This document shows positions 9,491 through 18,518 of a stretch of 64,000 nucleotides of DNA, piece after piece. Under the pieces are notes generated by a model that was not told the DNA's origin, did no database searches, and worked only from the letters and a program-made list of their open reading frames with translations. The DNA is from Planctomycetota bacterium (GTDB taxonomy: Bacteria; Planctomycetota; UBA1135; UBA2386), in assembly GCA_965228735.1 (NCBI GenBank), contig OZ245838.1:3328001-3392000 (forward strand). Direction: 5' to 3'. Positions within the stretch are counted from its first letter, which is position 1, and the number at the start of each line of letters is the position of its first letter. Position numbers and translations under genes: made by a program.

Positions 9491-9991
9491 TTGCCCCTAC
9501 CCCACCTCGACACCCGCGCTGCCCCTGACGTTCTCGAGGCCGCCGTCCAGCTCGCGGTCAGGCTCGTCCGCCGCGAGACACCGGCCCATGCGCCGGGCAC
9601 ATTGCTGACGCTCGGCGACGCCAACGCCGTCGTGCGCTGCTCCCGCCATATGGAGGGGCTCGCGCGCGCCGGCGACGAACGGCCTCCGGAGTTGGCATCC
9701 GCCCACCTGCTCGACCCGATCGCGCAGAGCACGATCGAACGCCTGGCCCCGCCGCCGCGCGCCATCGTCGTGCGCGCAGCGGGTCAGATCGAGTCGATCG
9801 TGCGCGAGGCCGACGACCCGGACCAGACCCCCTGGCTGCCGCCGACCACCGTCTCCGCGGTCATGGTCACGCGCGCCACCGACACGATCGCGATCGCCGT
9901 GCCCGCGGACGAAGACAGCATCCGCCTGTTCCACGACGGCCGACTCGTGGACCAACTCACCGCCGACGCCGGTAGCATCGCGGATGCGTGA
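9491..9991 (+). CDS. degenerate diadenylate cyclase (DisA_N/DAC)-fold protein
   Basis: VLEAAVQLAV..GTLLTLGD..V..SR..AIVV..G.I..A..TRATDTIAIAV..IRLFHDG scaffold; DGA and RHR motifs absent; TTG start after AGGA (start uncertain). Confidence 0.65.
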   Translation: MPLPHLDTRAAPDVLEAAVQLAVRLVRRETPAHAPGTLLTLGDANAVVRCSRHMEGLARAGDERPPELASAHLLDPIAQSTIERLAPPPRAIVVRAAGQIESIVREADDPDQTPWLPPTTVSAVMVTRATDTIAIAVPADEDSIRLFHDGRLVDQLTADAGSIADA

Positions 9992-11145
9992 GCGAGCGCC
10001 CGACAACGACCCGGCAATTCTGGCGACCGCGCCGCATCGCGCTCGCTCTGCTCGCGCTGCTGCTCGGCGCGGCCGCCACGTGGCTCGCCTGCCGCTGGAC
10101 GTTCGTCGTTCGCCTGCTGACCTACCCCTACGAGGCGCCGACGACCACGGTCGACTGGTATCAACCGGTCGAACCGATCCCGGGCGATGGCACCGCGCAA
10201 CCGATCGCGACCGAATCGCCGGCGCAACTCGGCCTCTCGCTCACCGCACTCGAAGCCGCCGCCGACTGGGCCGACCGCCACAACACGACGGCGTTCCTCG
10301 TCGCCCGCGCGGGTCGCATCGCCTTCGAACGTTACAGGCGTGGCGGTTCGGCCACGACGCCGACGATCTCCCACTCGATGGCCAAGACGCTGCTCGCGCT
10401 GCTCGTCGGCATCGCGATCGAGCGTGGGGAGATCGCCGGCCTCGATGAGCCGATCGGCGAACTGCTGGCCGAGTGGCGCAACGACCCTCGCGGCGCGATC
10501 ACGCTGCAGCAGCTGCTGACGATGACGAGCGGCCTCGAGGGCGACAGCCTCGAGGATGGCTGGCTGCCGCCGATGGCGCGGCTGCACCTCGAAACCGACC
10601 TGCTGCCGACGCTGCTCGCCCATCCGGCCACCGGCCCGCCGGGCGTCGTGTTCGACTACAACAACTTCAACAGCCAGCTCGTCGGCCTCGCACTCGAACG
10701 CGCGACCGGGCAACGCTACGCGGAGCTGCTGTCTCGCCGCCTCTGGCAGCCGATCGGCGCGCGCGATGCCGGCATCTGGCTCGATCGGCCCGCGGGCAAC
10801 GCCAAGATCTACGGTGCGGTGATCGCGACCGCCCGCGACTGGTTGCGCATCGGCGAGCTCGTCCGCATGCGCGGCCGCGCGCACGGGATCCAGGTCGTTC
10901 CCCGCGCGTGGTTCGAGACGATCGAGCGGCCCTCGGCGCTGCAGGCCGAGTACGGCGTTCACATCTGGCTCGGCGGCGGTCCACCGACCGACCTGCCGCG
11001 GTACGTGTATCTCGACGGCAAGTCGAAGCAGCGCGTGTTCGTCGTGCGCTCGCACGAGCTCGTCATCGTCCGCACGGGCGAGAACGCGCGCGGTTGGCGC
11101 GACGACGAGCTCGTGGCGCTCGTGCTCGCCGCGGTCGAACGCTGA
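9988..11145 (+). CDS. serine hydrolase, beta-lactamase class C-like
   Basis: SMAK (SxxK), LLTMTSG, FDYNN (YxN); N-terminal hydrophobic anchor. Confidence 0.88.
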   Translation: MSERPTTTRQFWRPRRIALALLALLLGAAATWLACRWTFVVRLLTYPYEAPTTTVDWYQPVEPIPGDGTAQPIATESPAQLGLSLTALEAAADWADRHNTTAFLVARAGRIAFERYRRGGSATTPTISHSMAKTLLALLVGIAIERGEIAGLDEPIGELLAEWRNDPRGAITLQQLLTMTSGLEGDSLEDGWLPPMARLHLETDLLPTLLAHPATGPPGVVFDYNNFNSQLVGLALERATGQRYAELLSRRLWQPIGARDAGIWLDRPAGNAKIYGAVIATARDWLRIGELVRMRGRAHGIQVVPRAWFETIERPSALQAEYGVHIWLGGGPPTDLPRYVYLDGKSKQRVFVVRSHELVIVRTGENARGWRDDELVALVLAAVER

Positions 11146-12525
11146 TCAGGTCGGCAACAACCAGCTGGTACTGCTCTGCTTGCTGTCCGTCGCGAGCGGC
11201 ACGTGCACGACGAACGCCGCGCCGCCGAGCGCGGAGTCCTCGCACCAGACGTGGCCGCCGGAGCGTTCGGCGATGGCGCGACACACCGCGAGGCCGATGC
11301 CCGCGCCGGCCGGCTTCTCCGTGAGGTGATCCGACAACTGCGTGAACTTCTCGAAGATCGTCGACCGGTCGTCGGCGGGCACGCCGGGTCCGGAGTCCTC
11401 GACGCGCAGCTCGAACTCGTCGCCGATGACGCGCCCGGCGATCCGCACGTCGCCCCCCGACGGCGTGAACTTGACCGCGTTATCGACCAGCTGAAAGACG
11501 AGCTGTTGCCATTGACGTTCATCGAGCTTCGCTTTGCGCTCGCCGACCGGCAGGTCGAGTTCGAGCTCGATGGCGCGCGTTGCCATCCGGCCCGCCAATC
11601 CGTCGACGACGCGTTGCACGACGGCGTTGGCGTCGAGGGCCGTCACGGCGAACTCGGCCTCGCCCGACTGCAGCTGCAGGAAGTCGAACAGGCCGTCGAC
11701 GAGGTTGGAGATGCGCACGCTCTCGTCGTGGATCACGCTCACGAACTCGTCCCACTCCATGCTCTCGCCGGGAACCATCGTGCCGAGGATCTCGGAGTAC
11801 GCGCGGATGCTCGTGAGCGGCGTCCGGAGCTCGTGCGAGACACTCGACAGGAAGCGATCCTTGAGCCGCTGCAGCTCGTGGTTGCGCGTCGTGTCGACGA
11901 ACAGGAACACGGTGCCGAAGTCCTGGCCCGTGACGCTCGAACGGACCGGCACGGCCGCCAGGTCGAACATGCGATCACCGCTCGGGACCGAGGCGTGCCG
12001 GACCGTCGGGCGTTCGCCGGCTCCGGTGGCGGCATCGCCGTCGAGATCGCGCAAGGCCTCCCACGATTCGCGCGTGCGATCCGCCAGTTCGTCGGGCAGC
12101 ACGTCCCACAACGTCTGCCCGATCGGCTCGACCCCGGCGTCGATCAGCCCACGGCACGCCGCGGGGTTGGCGAGCACGATCTCGCCCGCGGGATCGACGA
12201 CCACGACACCCTCGAGCAGCGACTCGACGACCGACTCCGAACGATCGCACGCGAGTTCGAGCGCGAGGATGCGCGCCGCGGCCTCGCGATCGTCATCGGA
12301 GTAACTGCGCGACGCGTGGCCATCCCGGAGCCCGCATCGGCGTTCGACCACCGCGACGAGAGCCGCCGCGAGGCCACAAGACACGGCCCCCATCGAGCTC
12401 GCCCCGAGACCGTGGGCGACCGCGCCGAAGACGAGCCCGAATCCGACCGTACGCAGCGCTGCCGCGAGGCCGTGTCGACGACCTTCCCTGGCCCGCGCTG
12501 CGGGCTCTGGGCGGGTTCTGGGCAT
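11146..12525 (-). CDS. membrane PAS sensor histidine kinase
   Basis: SHELRTPL, DNAVKF, DSGPG, GAGIGL; PAS EGVVVVD..ANPAA; start trimmed to ATG 12525 with GGAG. Confidence 0.92.
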   Translation of the reverse strand: MPRTRPEPAARAREGRRHGLAAALRTVGFGLVFGAVAHGLGASSMGAVSCGLAAALVAVVERRCGLRDGHASRSYSDDDREAAARILALELACDRSESVVESLLEGVVVVDPAGEIVLANPAACRGLIDAGVEPIGQTLWDVLPDELADRTRESWEALRDLDGDAATGAGERPTVRHASVPSGDRMFDLAAVPVRSSVTGQDFGTVFLFVDTTRNHELQRLKDRFLSSVSHELRTPLTSIRAYSEILGTMVPGESMEWDEFVSVIHDESVRISNLVDGLFDFLQLQSGEAEFAVTALDANAVVQRVVDGLAGRMATRAIELELDLPVGERKAKLDERQWQQLVFQLVDNAVKFTPSGGDVRIAGRVIGDEFELRVEDSGPGVPADDRSTIFEKFTQLSDHLTEKPAGAGIGLAVCRAIAERSGGHVWCEDSALGGAAFVVHVPLATDSKQSSTSWLLPT

Positions 12526-12654
12526 AAGGGCTCCAGTCCGAGTATCGATCCCCCCGGCAGACCCCTTGACGGGGGATTCCCCTGGGTCGGAACGCCTGTA
12601 GTCCGGGGTCGCATCGCGCCGATGAACGAAGCCGATCCAGCGAGGAACTCCGAA

Positions 12655-15348
12655 ATGGTCGTGCTCGAACTCTGCCTTCTGCCCGTGCTGTCGTTCCAGG
12701 AACCCGTCCCGGCCCAGCCGGCGACGACGACTCCTGCCCAAGAAACGCCCGTCGCATCGGCCGATCCGAAGCCCACGATCGACGCCACCGATCCGGCCCG
12801 CTGGCTGCCCGCGTCGACGTTGTTCGCGGTCACGTTCCGGCTCGGCAACGACACGGACCTGTCGGGCCTGCGCGCGCGCCTGCGGGACCTCGACCCGATG
12901 GGCACGATGGACCAGGCCGTCACCGAGATGGAGTCTCATCTCGGGCAACACGGCGTCGCGATGGACGACGTCATGGAACTGCTGCGTGGCGGCGTTGCGA
13001 TCGGCGTCACGGAGCTCGGCCCGAAGCCGCAGTTCGTGTGCGTCGCCGATCTCTCGCAGTGTGAGGATCCGATCCGGATGAAGGCGCAGGAGTTCCTCGC
13101 GAACAACACGGCGGCGGACTCCCACGGTGGGATCCGCGGGGACCGGATGATCGTCGCGAGCTCGGCCGAGCTGCTGGACGCGACGGCCCAAATCGCGGAC
13201 TCCCAGAGCGCGGACTCGGGCAGCCAGTCACTGGCCGCAACGGACGGGTACCGGAGTGCCTGCGACCGCGCTCCGCTCGCCGGGTCTGCCGCGATGACCG
13301 TCTTCGTGCAGCCGAACGCGCTCGTGGCACAGCTCATGGCGATGGTGCCGGAAGCCCAGCGAGCCGCGGCCGAGCGCGTCACGAACGCCCTGCAGATCGA
13401 GGCCATGGACCACGTCGTGTTCCGGGCCCAGGTCGACGCGCGAGATCTGCACTTCGCCGCAAGCTGCGCGCTGCCCGAAGGCGACAGCCTGCTCGGCGCG
13501 TTCTTCGGCAACCCGCAGATGCTCAGCGAGTCGCTCGCGGGCTACGTCCCGAAGAGCGCCACGGAGTTCACGTTCGCCGCCACCGACATCAGCGCGGTCG
13601 TCCGCTCGAGCCTCGAGCTCCTGAAGACGGCCGAGCCCGGCATGGGCGTCATGGCCGACATGATGGTGCAGCAGATCGGTGAGAAGGCCGAGATCGACAT
13701 CATGGACGTCGTCGTCGACGGTTTCTCGGGTCGCTCGATCGGCCTGCGGGTACCCGCCGGCACGGCGACGATGATCGGCCTCGAGGATGGCAAGGAGTTC
13801 GCAGGCGCGATCGCGAAGCTGGTGGCCGCGGCGGAGCTGCCGGTCGAAACGACGACCGCGAACGACGTCACGGTCTATCAGTTCCCGGAGGGTCAGCTGC
13901 CCGTCCCGATCTCGTTCGCGACGCTCGGCAACTGGTTCTGCATCACGGAAGGCGACGCCACGCTCGCCGCGATCGCGAAGCAGATCGACCACCCGACCAA
14001 GAACGAGGCCGCGTTCAGCGCGCTGCGCGATCGGCCGGCCGGCGCGACGATGGTTCTCGGCGCGACCGAGTGGTCGACCTCGATGACGTCCCGTCGCACG
14101 GCGAACGGAGTCGTCTGGCAGGGGACCATCGGCCTAGTGCCCGGTGGCGGCGACATCGACCTGACGATGGATTCGCCGGCGCCGCCGGAGCAGGTCATGG
14201 CGCTCGAACAGGCCGAGAACGACGCCGAGTCGACGACGGTCCCACAACTCCTGCGTCTCGCCAAGGCCGAGCACGCCGGCGTCGCCGCGCGCGCGACGTG
14301 GCTGCTGCGCCGGCGCGAGTCACCCGAAGCGCGCAAAGCACTCGGTGATCTGGCTACCGACAGCAAGCACGCCGAGGTACGGGTCCAGGCGTTCCACGCG
14401 CTGCTGCGCCTCGGCAACGCGCAGAGCGTGCCCGTCGCGCTGGCCGGGATCGACGACGAGAGCGTCGAGGTCCGCACGCTCGCCGCGCAGCTGCTCGGCA
14501 AGCTGCGGCGCCCCGAGGCGAAGGGCGCGCTGCTTGCGCTCGTGTCGGAACGCGCCAAGATCGCGGGCCCGGGAGAATCGACCACCGACCTGCAGGCGGC
14601 TCTGCTCGCGCTCACCGATCTGGAGGCCGCCGACGAACTGCTGCCGGTGGCGACCGTGCTCGACGGCAGCCGCGCCGAAGGCTTCGGCGAGGCCCTGACG
14701 TTCTACTTCCAGACGCTGTCGCCGCAGCTCGAGCCGAACGACGAGACGCCCGTCATGGTCGCGGTCCTGTCGCACAGCGAACCGGTGCTGCGACGCTACG
14801 CGATCGGGCGACTCAGCGAGCTGCGTGACCTCACGACCGTGCGCGCGCTCGAGGCGCGCCTCGCGTCGGAGGGCCCGGAGCTGCAGCCGCTCGTGGAGCT
14901 CGCGCTCGCCCAGATCCGCCGGCAGAAGCACGGTGAGGCGGAGGCCTCGGAGTCGTTCGTGGCGCAGACCAAGGCGCGCTGGAACGCGCTGACGGCGCAG
15001 CAACGGCTCATCGCCTCCGCGGTCGGCGGCGTCGTCGGACTCGGCGTGCTCATCTGCCTCGTCGTGATCGTTCGCCGCGGCAGCAGCCGCCGACGCGGGC
15101 GCAGGAGCGCGAGCGACCTGGTCGCGCCGTCGGAAGAGTACCTCGACGACCTCGAGGCCGAGTCCGACGAACTCGCGGACGAGGCCGAGGGCATCTACGA
15201 CGAGGCCGAGTCCTACGGCGAGGGCGACGACGACGAAGAGTGGCAGGACGGCGAGTACGAGGACGACGGCGAGGTCGACGAGATCTACGGCGACGATTCG
15301 TACGACGAGTCGGAAGAACTGGAAGAGCAGGACGCGCGCTACCACTGA
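12655..15348 (+). CDS. exported HEAT-repeat protein with C-terminal TM helix and acidic Tyr-rich tail
   Basis: HEAT-like VRVQAFHALLRLG, VRTLAAQLLGKL, LRRYAIGRL; TM GGVVGLGVLICLVVIV then RR; D/E-rich tail; GAGGA before ATG 12655 (12622 alternative). Confidence 0.75.
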   Translation: MVVLELCLLPVLSFQEPVPAQPATTTPAQETPVASADPKPTIDATDPARWLPASTLFAVTFRLGNDTDLSGLRARLRDLDPMGTMDQAVTEMESHLGQHGVAMDDVMELLRGGVAIGVTELGPKPQFVCVADLSQCEDPIRMKAQEFLANNTAADSHGGIRGDRMIVASSAELLDATAQIADSQSADSGSQSLAATDGYRSACDRAPLAGSAAMTVFVQPNALVAQLMAMVPEAQRAAAERVTNALQIEAMDHVVFRAQVDARDLHFAASCALPEGDSLLGAFFGNPQMLSESLAGYVPKSATEFTFAATDISAVVRSSLELLKTAEPGMGVMADMMVQQIGEKAEIDIMDVVVDGFSGRSIGLRVPAGTATMIGLEDGKEFAGAIAKLVAAAELPVETTTANDVTVYQFPEGQLPVPISFATLGNWFCITEGDATLAAIAKQIDHPTKNEAAFSALRDRPAGATMVLGATEWSTSMTSRRTANGVVWQGTIGLVPGGGDIDLTMDSPAPPEQVMALEQAENDAESTTVPQLLRLAKAEHAGVAARATWLLRRRESPEARKALGDLATDSKHAEVRVQAFHALLRLGNAQSVPVALAGIDDESVEVRTLAAQLLGKLRRPEAKGALLALVSERAKIAGPGESTTDLQAALLALTDLEAADELLPVATVLDGSRAEGFGEALTFYFQTLSPQLEPNDETPVMVAVLSHSEPVLRRYAIGRLSELRDLTTVRALEARLASEGPELQPLVELALAQIRRQKHGEAEASESFVAQTKARWNALTAQQRLIASAVGGVVGLGVLICLVVIVRRGSSRRRGRRSASDLVAPSEEYLDDLEAESDELADEAEGIYDEAESYGEGDDDEEWQDGEYEDDGEVDEIYGDDSYDESEELEEQDARYH

Positions 15349-15349
15349 G

Positions 15350-16528
15350 ATGCGTGCGCTCCGCGCCGTCCTGACCGCGGGGCTCGCGATCGCCGCGATG
15401 CTCCCCGCGCAAGCCGCGACGTCGAACGATCCGACGATCGAGTTGGCCATCGCGCCGGCCAGTCTGCGCGGTGACCTGCCGGCGCTGCTCTGGCTCTGCA
15501 GCTCGGCGCTCCCCGCGCGGAACGAGTGGCCGGACGGCTTGCAACCGGACGACAGCATCGTCGTTCGCCTGAGCCCGAACGGCCTCGCCATCGAGAAGAA
15601 CCGCGTGCTGCTGCCGCGCAATGCCGCGCTCATCGGTTCGGTCGAGTGGCCTTCGGGACCGCGCATACTGTGCGCGTGCACGGCGACCGGCTCCGAGGAC
15701 TGGTACGTGCCGCGCGAAACGCGACTCGCGCCGGAATGGCACGAGCTCCTCGATCGACTGCGAGCCGGCGAGACCGGGCGGACGCGAACGATCGACCTGC
15801 CGGTCGCGGTCGGGCACCTGCTCGGCGCGAACGCGCTCGGTGACCCGGACCGTGAACCAGTCCAGTTCGGGGCCGCGCTCTGCGGCGAAGTGACCTGGCG
15901 GTCATGGTGGACCGCCGATCACCTGCGGATTCGCGCCCGCAGCAGCGGCGGGTTGCTGCTGCCCGCGACCCTGCTCGCGCTCGCCAAACGGCTCGGGAAC
16001 GGCAGCGTCGCGGCATTGCCGATGCGGGCGTTCACCGCGCGCGACGGCGACCGCGAGGAGGCCGTGCGCCAACTCTCGCGTTCCGGCGCGCTCGACGACC
16101 GCGACGTGCTGCAGGCCATGCTGCACGGCCCGGACGAGCTGCGCCTCACGGCGATCGACAGCCTCGTTCGCCTCAGCGCGTTCGACGCGCTGCCCGCGAT
16201 CGTGGATGCGGCCGCGGTCGAGATGCCGCTCGCATCCGTCGCCGCGGTCGACGCGGTGGCGACGCTGTGGCCCCGGGCGCCGGAGACGACCCGCGACGCC
16301 ACCCGTGTGGCGCTCGATCGGAGCGAGGTCGACGCACTGCGCGAGCTCGGCGGCGCCACCCCGACGACCGGCGCGCCCCGGCCGAACCAGCTCGTGTCCG
16401 CGTCGAACGGCATCGGAGAGCCGTTCATCGTCCGCCGCTGGCGGCTGATGCTCGGTCTGTTCGTGGTGTTCGTCCTGATGTTCGGCCTGTGGCTGCGAGA
16501 ACGAGCCCGCGCTGCGATCTTCGCCTGA
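15350..16528 (+). CDS. exported hypothetical protein with HEAT-like repeats and C-terminal TM anchor
   Basis: Signal peptide ending LPAQ; LRLTAIDSLVRL; TM LMLGLFVVFVLMFGLWL; starts 1 nt after upstream stop. Confidence 0.7.
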   Translation: MRALRAVLTAGLAIAAMLPAQAATSNDPTIELAIAPASLRGDLPALLWLCSSALPARNEWPDGLQPDDSIVVRLSPNGLAIEKNRVLLPRNAALIGSVEWPSGPRILCACTATGSEDWYVPRETRLAPEWHELLDRLRAGETGRTRTIDLPVAVGHLLGANALGDPDREPVQFGAALCGEVTWRSWWTADHLRIRARSSGGLLLPATLLALAKRLGNGSVAALPMRAFTARDGDREEAVRQLSRSGALDDRDVLQAMLHGPDELRLTAIDSLVRLSAFDALPAIVDAAAVEMPLASVAAVDAVATLWPRAPETTRDATRVALDRSEVDALRELGGATPTTGAPRPNQLVSASNGIGEPFIVRRWRLMLGLFVVFVLMFGLWLRERARAAIFA

Positions 16529-16574
16529 CCCGCTTGGCTCACCGGCCCGCGCGCACGGTAAGCTGCCGCCCCCC

Positions 16575-18518
16575 ATGGCGACGCTGCTACCGAAGCGATT
16601 CCGCACGCTGCCGTTCTCGATCGGCCTCCTCGGCCTCGTCGGGCTGACGGCGGCGGCCACGGCGCAAGGAGCCGAGCCGGAGAACGAGTCACGCCAACCG
16701 AGCGGGAGGGTGCGACCCGACGCCGACTACGCGCGCGCGATCACGAACGGGACCCGCACCGCCGACGGCCGGCCCGGGCCGAACTCGTGGACCGACCATG
16801 CGCGCTACGTGATCACCGCCCAGCTGCTGCCCGCGGAGCACAAGGTGCGCGGCTCGGTCGCGATGACCTACCACAACCGTTCACCCGAACCGATCGAAGA
16901 GCTCGCGATCCACCTGCGGCAGAACCTGCACGCCCCGGGTGCGCGCCGCAACGTCCCCGTCGAGGTTACCGGCGGCATGACCATCGACCGCGTGCAGCGC
17001 GACGGCCGTGACGCGTTGTACTTCGTCGACGGCACCGTGATGCTGGTGGGTCTCGGCGACGGCGTCGCTCCGGGCGAGACGACGACCGTCACGATGGACT
17101 TCGCGTTCACCGTTCCCGCGGGCGAAGCACCGCGCATGGGCCGCGAGGGCGAGGAGCTCTACTTCCTCGGCTACTGGTATCCGCAGTTCGCCGTGCGCGA
17201 CGACGTCCGCGGTCTGGTCGCGGAGCAGTACCTCGGCGCGAGCGAGTTCTACATGGGCTACGCCGACTACGAGGTCGAGCTCTCGGTGCCGGCCGGCTAC
17301 CTCGTGCAGGCCACGGGCACGCTGCAGAACGAAGGCGAAGTGCTCACGGCGAAGGCGCGCGCGGCGCTCGCGAACGCCCGTTCGGGCCAGCGACCCGTCG
17401 CCATCGTCGACGCCGCGGATCTCGAGGCCGGGCAGGCGACCCAGCCCGGCACCGGTGGCCGCCTGACCTGGAAGTTCCTGGCCGAGAACGTGCGCGACTT
17501 CGCCGCTTCGGTCGCGAACTGCTACGTCTGGGACGCGATGCCGACGCCGGTCGGTGATCGCGACGGTGACGGCGCCGTCGACACCTGTCTCGCGCAGTCG
17601 CTCTATCGGCCCGAGGCCGCGAGCTGGCGCCGGTCGGTGCGGCATGCGGCCCACGCGATCCAGTGGCTGTCCGAGCATGTCGTCCCGTATCCGTGGCCGC
17701 ACGCGACCGTCGTCGAGGGCATCCTCGGCGGCGGCATGGAGTATCCGATGATCACGCTGTGCGGCGACCAGGGCAGCCCCGTCGCGCTGCAGAGCCTCAT
17801 CGCGCACGAGCTCGCGCACATGTGGTTCCCGATGCTCGTCGGCAGCAACGAGAAGGCCCACGTCTGGCAGGACGAAGGACTCGCGGACTTCTTCACCGAG
17901 TATCTCGAAGGCAGCTACTGGCGGCGCAAGGCCACGGGGCTGCGGACCGTCGGCCTCTATCGGTCGGTCGTCGAGGTCTCGGGCGACGCCCAGCCGCTGC
18001 TCACGCACTCCGACTTCCTGGTCGATCAGGACGACTACTACTACGTCGGCTACATCAAGCCGGCCGCCGCGCTCTTTCAGCTCGTCGGGCTGTTCGGCGA
18101 GGAGGCCGTTCTGGGCGCGATCGCGGACTACACGGCGACGTGGCGCTACCGGCATCCGCAACCGCTCGACTTCTTCCGTTCGATGGAGCGATCCCTCGGC
18201 GCGGACCTGAGCTACTACTGGAGCTCGTGGTATGCGAGCAACGGCACGTTGTCGCACGCGATCGCCGACGTCGAGGCGTCCGCGGATGCGACGATCGTCA
18301 CGGTCGAGGACCGGGGTGACGCCATCCTGCCAGCGGTCGTGCAGGCCACGTTCGCCGACGGCTCGACCGCAGAGCGGCGGATCCCGGCCGCGACCTGGCT
18401 CGCCGGCAAGAGGCGCGCGACCGTGCGCTTCCGGCCGGGTGTGCAGCGCGTCGTCCTGCATCCGTCGCGCTTGAGCCTCGACCTCGACGACTCGGACAAC
18501 GTGTGGCGCAAGCGATGA
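16575..18518 (+). CDS. M1 family metallo-aminopeptidase, secreted
   Basis: GGMEYP, HELAH-x18-E (DEG), signal peptide. Confidence 0.92.
   Translation: MATLLPKRFRTLPFSIGLLGLVGLTAAATAQGAEPENESRQPSGRVRPDADYARAITNGTRTADGRPGPNSWTDHARYVITAQLLPAEHKVRGSVAMTYHNRSPEPIEELAIHLRQNLHAPGARRNVPVEVTGGMTIDRVQRDGRDALYFVDGTVMLVGLGDGVAPGETTTVTMDFAFTVPAGEAPRMGREGEELYFLGYWYPQFAVRDDVRGLVAEQYLGASEFYMGYADYEVELSVPAGYLVQATGTLQNEGEVLTAKARAALANARSGQRPVAIVDAADLEAGQATQPGTGGRLTWKFLAENVRDFAASVANCYVWDAMPTPVGDRDGDGAVDTCLAQSLYRPEAASWRRSVRHAAHAIQWLSEHVVPYPWPHATVVEGILGGGMEYPMITLCGDQGSPVALQSLIAHELAHMWFPMLVGSNEKAHVWQDEGLADFFTEYLEGSYWRRKATGLRTVGLYRSVVEVSGDAQPLLTHSDFLVDQDDYYYVGYIKPAAALFQLVGLFGEEAVLGAIADYTATWRYRHPQPLDFFRSMERSLGADLSYYWSSWYASNGTLSHAIADVEASADATIVTVEDRGDAILPAVVQATFADGSTAERRIPAATWLAGKRRATVRFRPGVQRVVLHPSRLSLDLDDSDNVWRKR

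Noticed and set aside
11203..12654. Upstream extensions of ORFs 11203-15348, 11146-13191, 44014, 56143, 60382 and 50047-52158
   Set aside because: Extensions overlap neighbouring real genes; starts were trimmed to signal peptide/SD-supported codons
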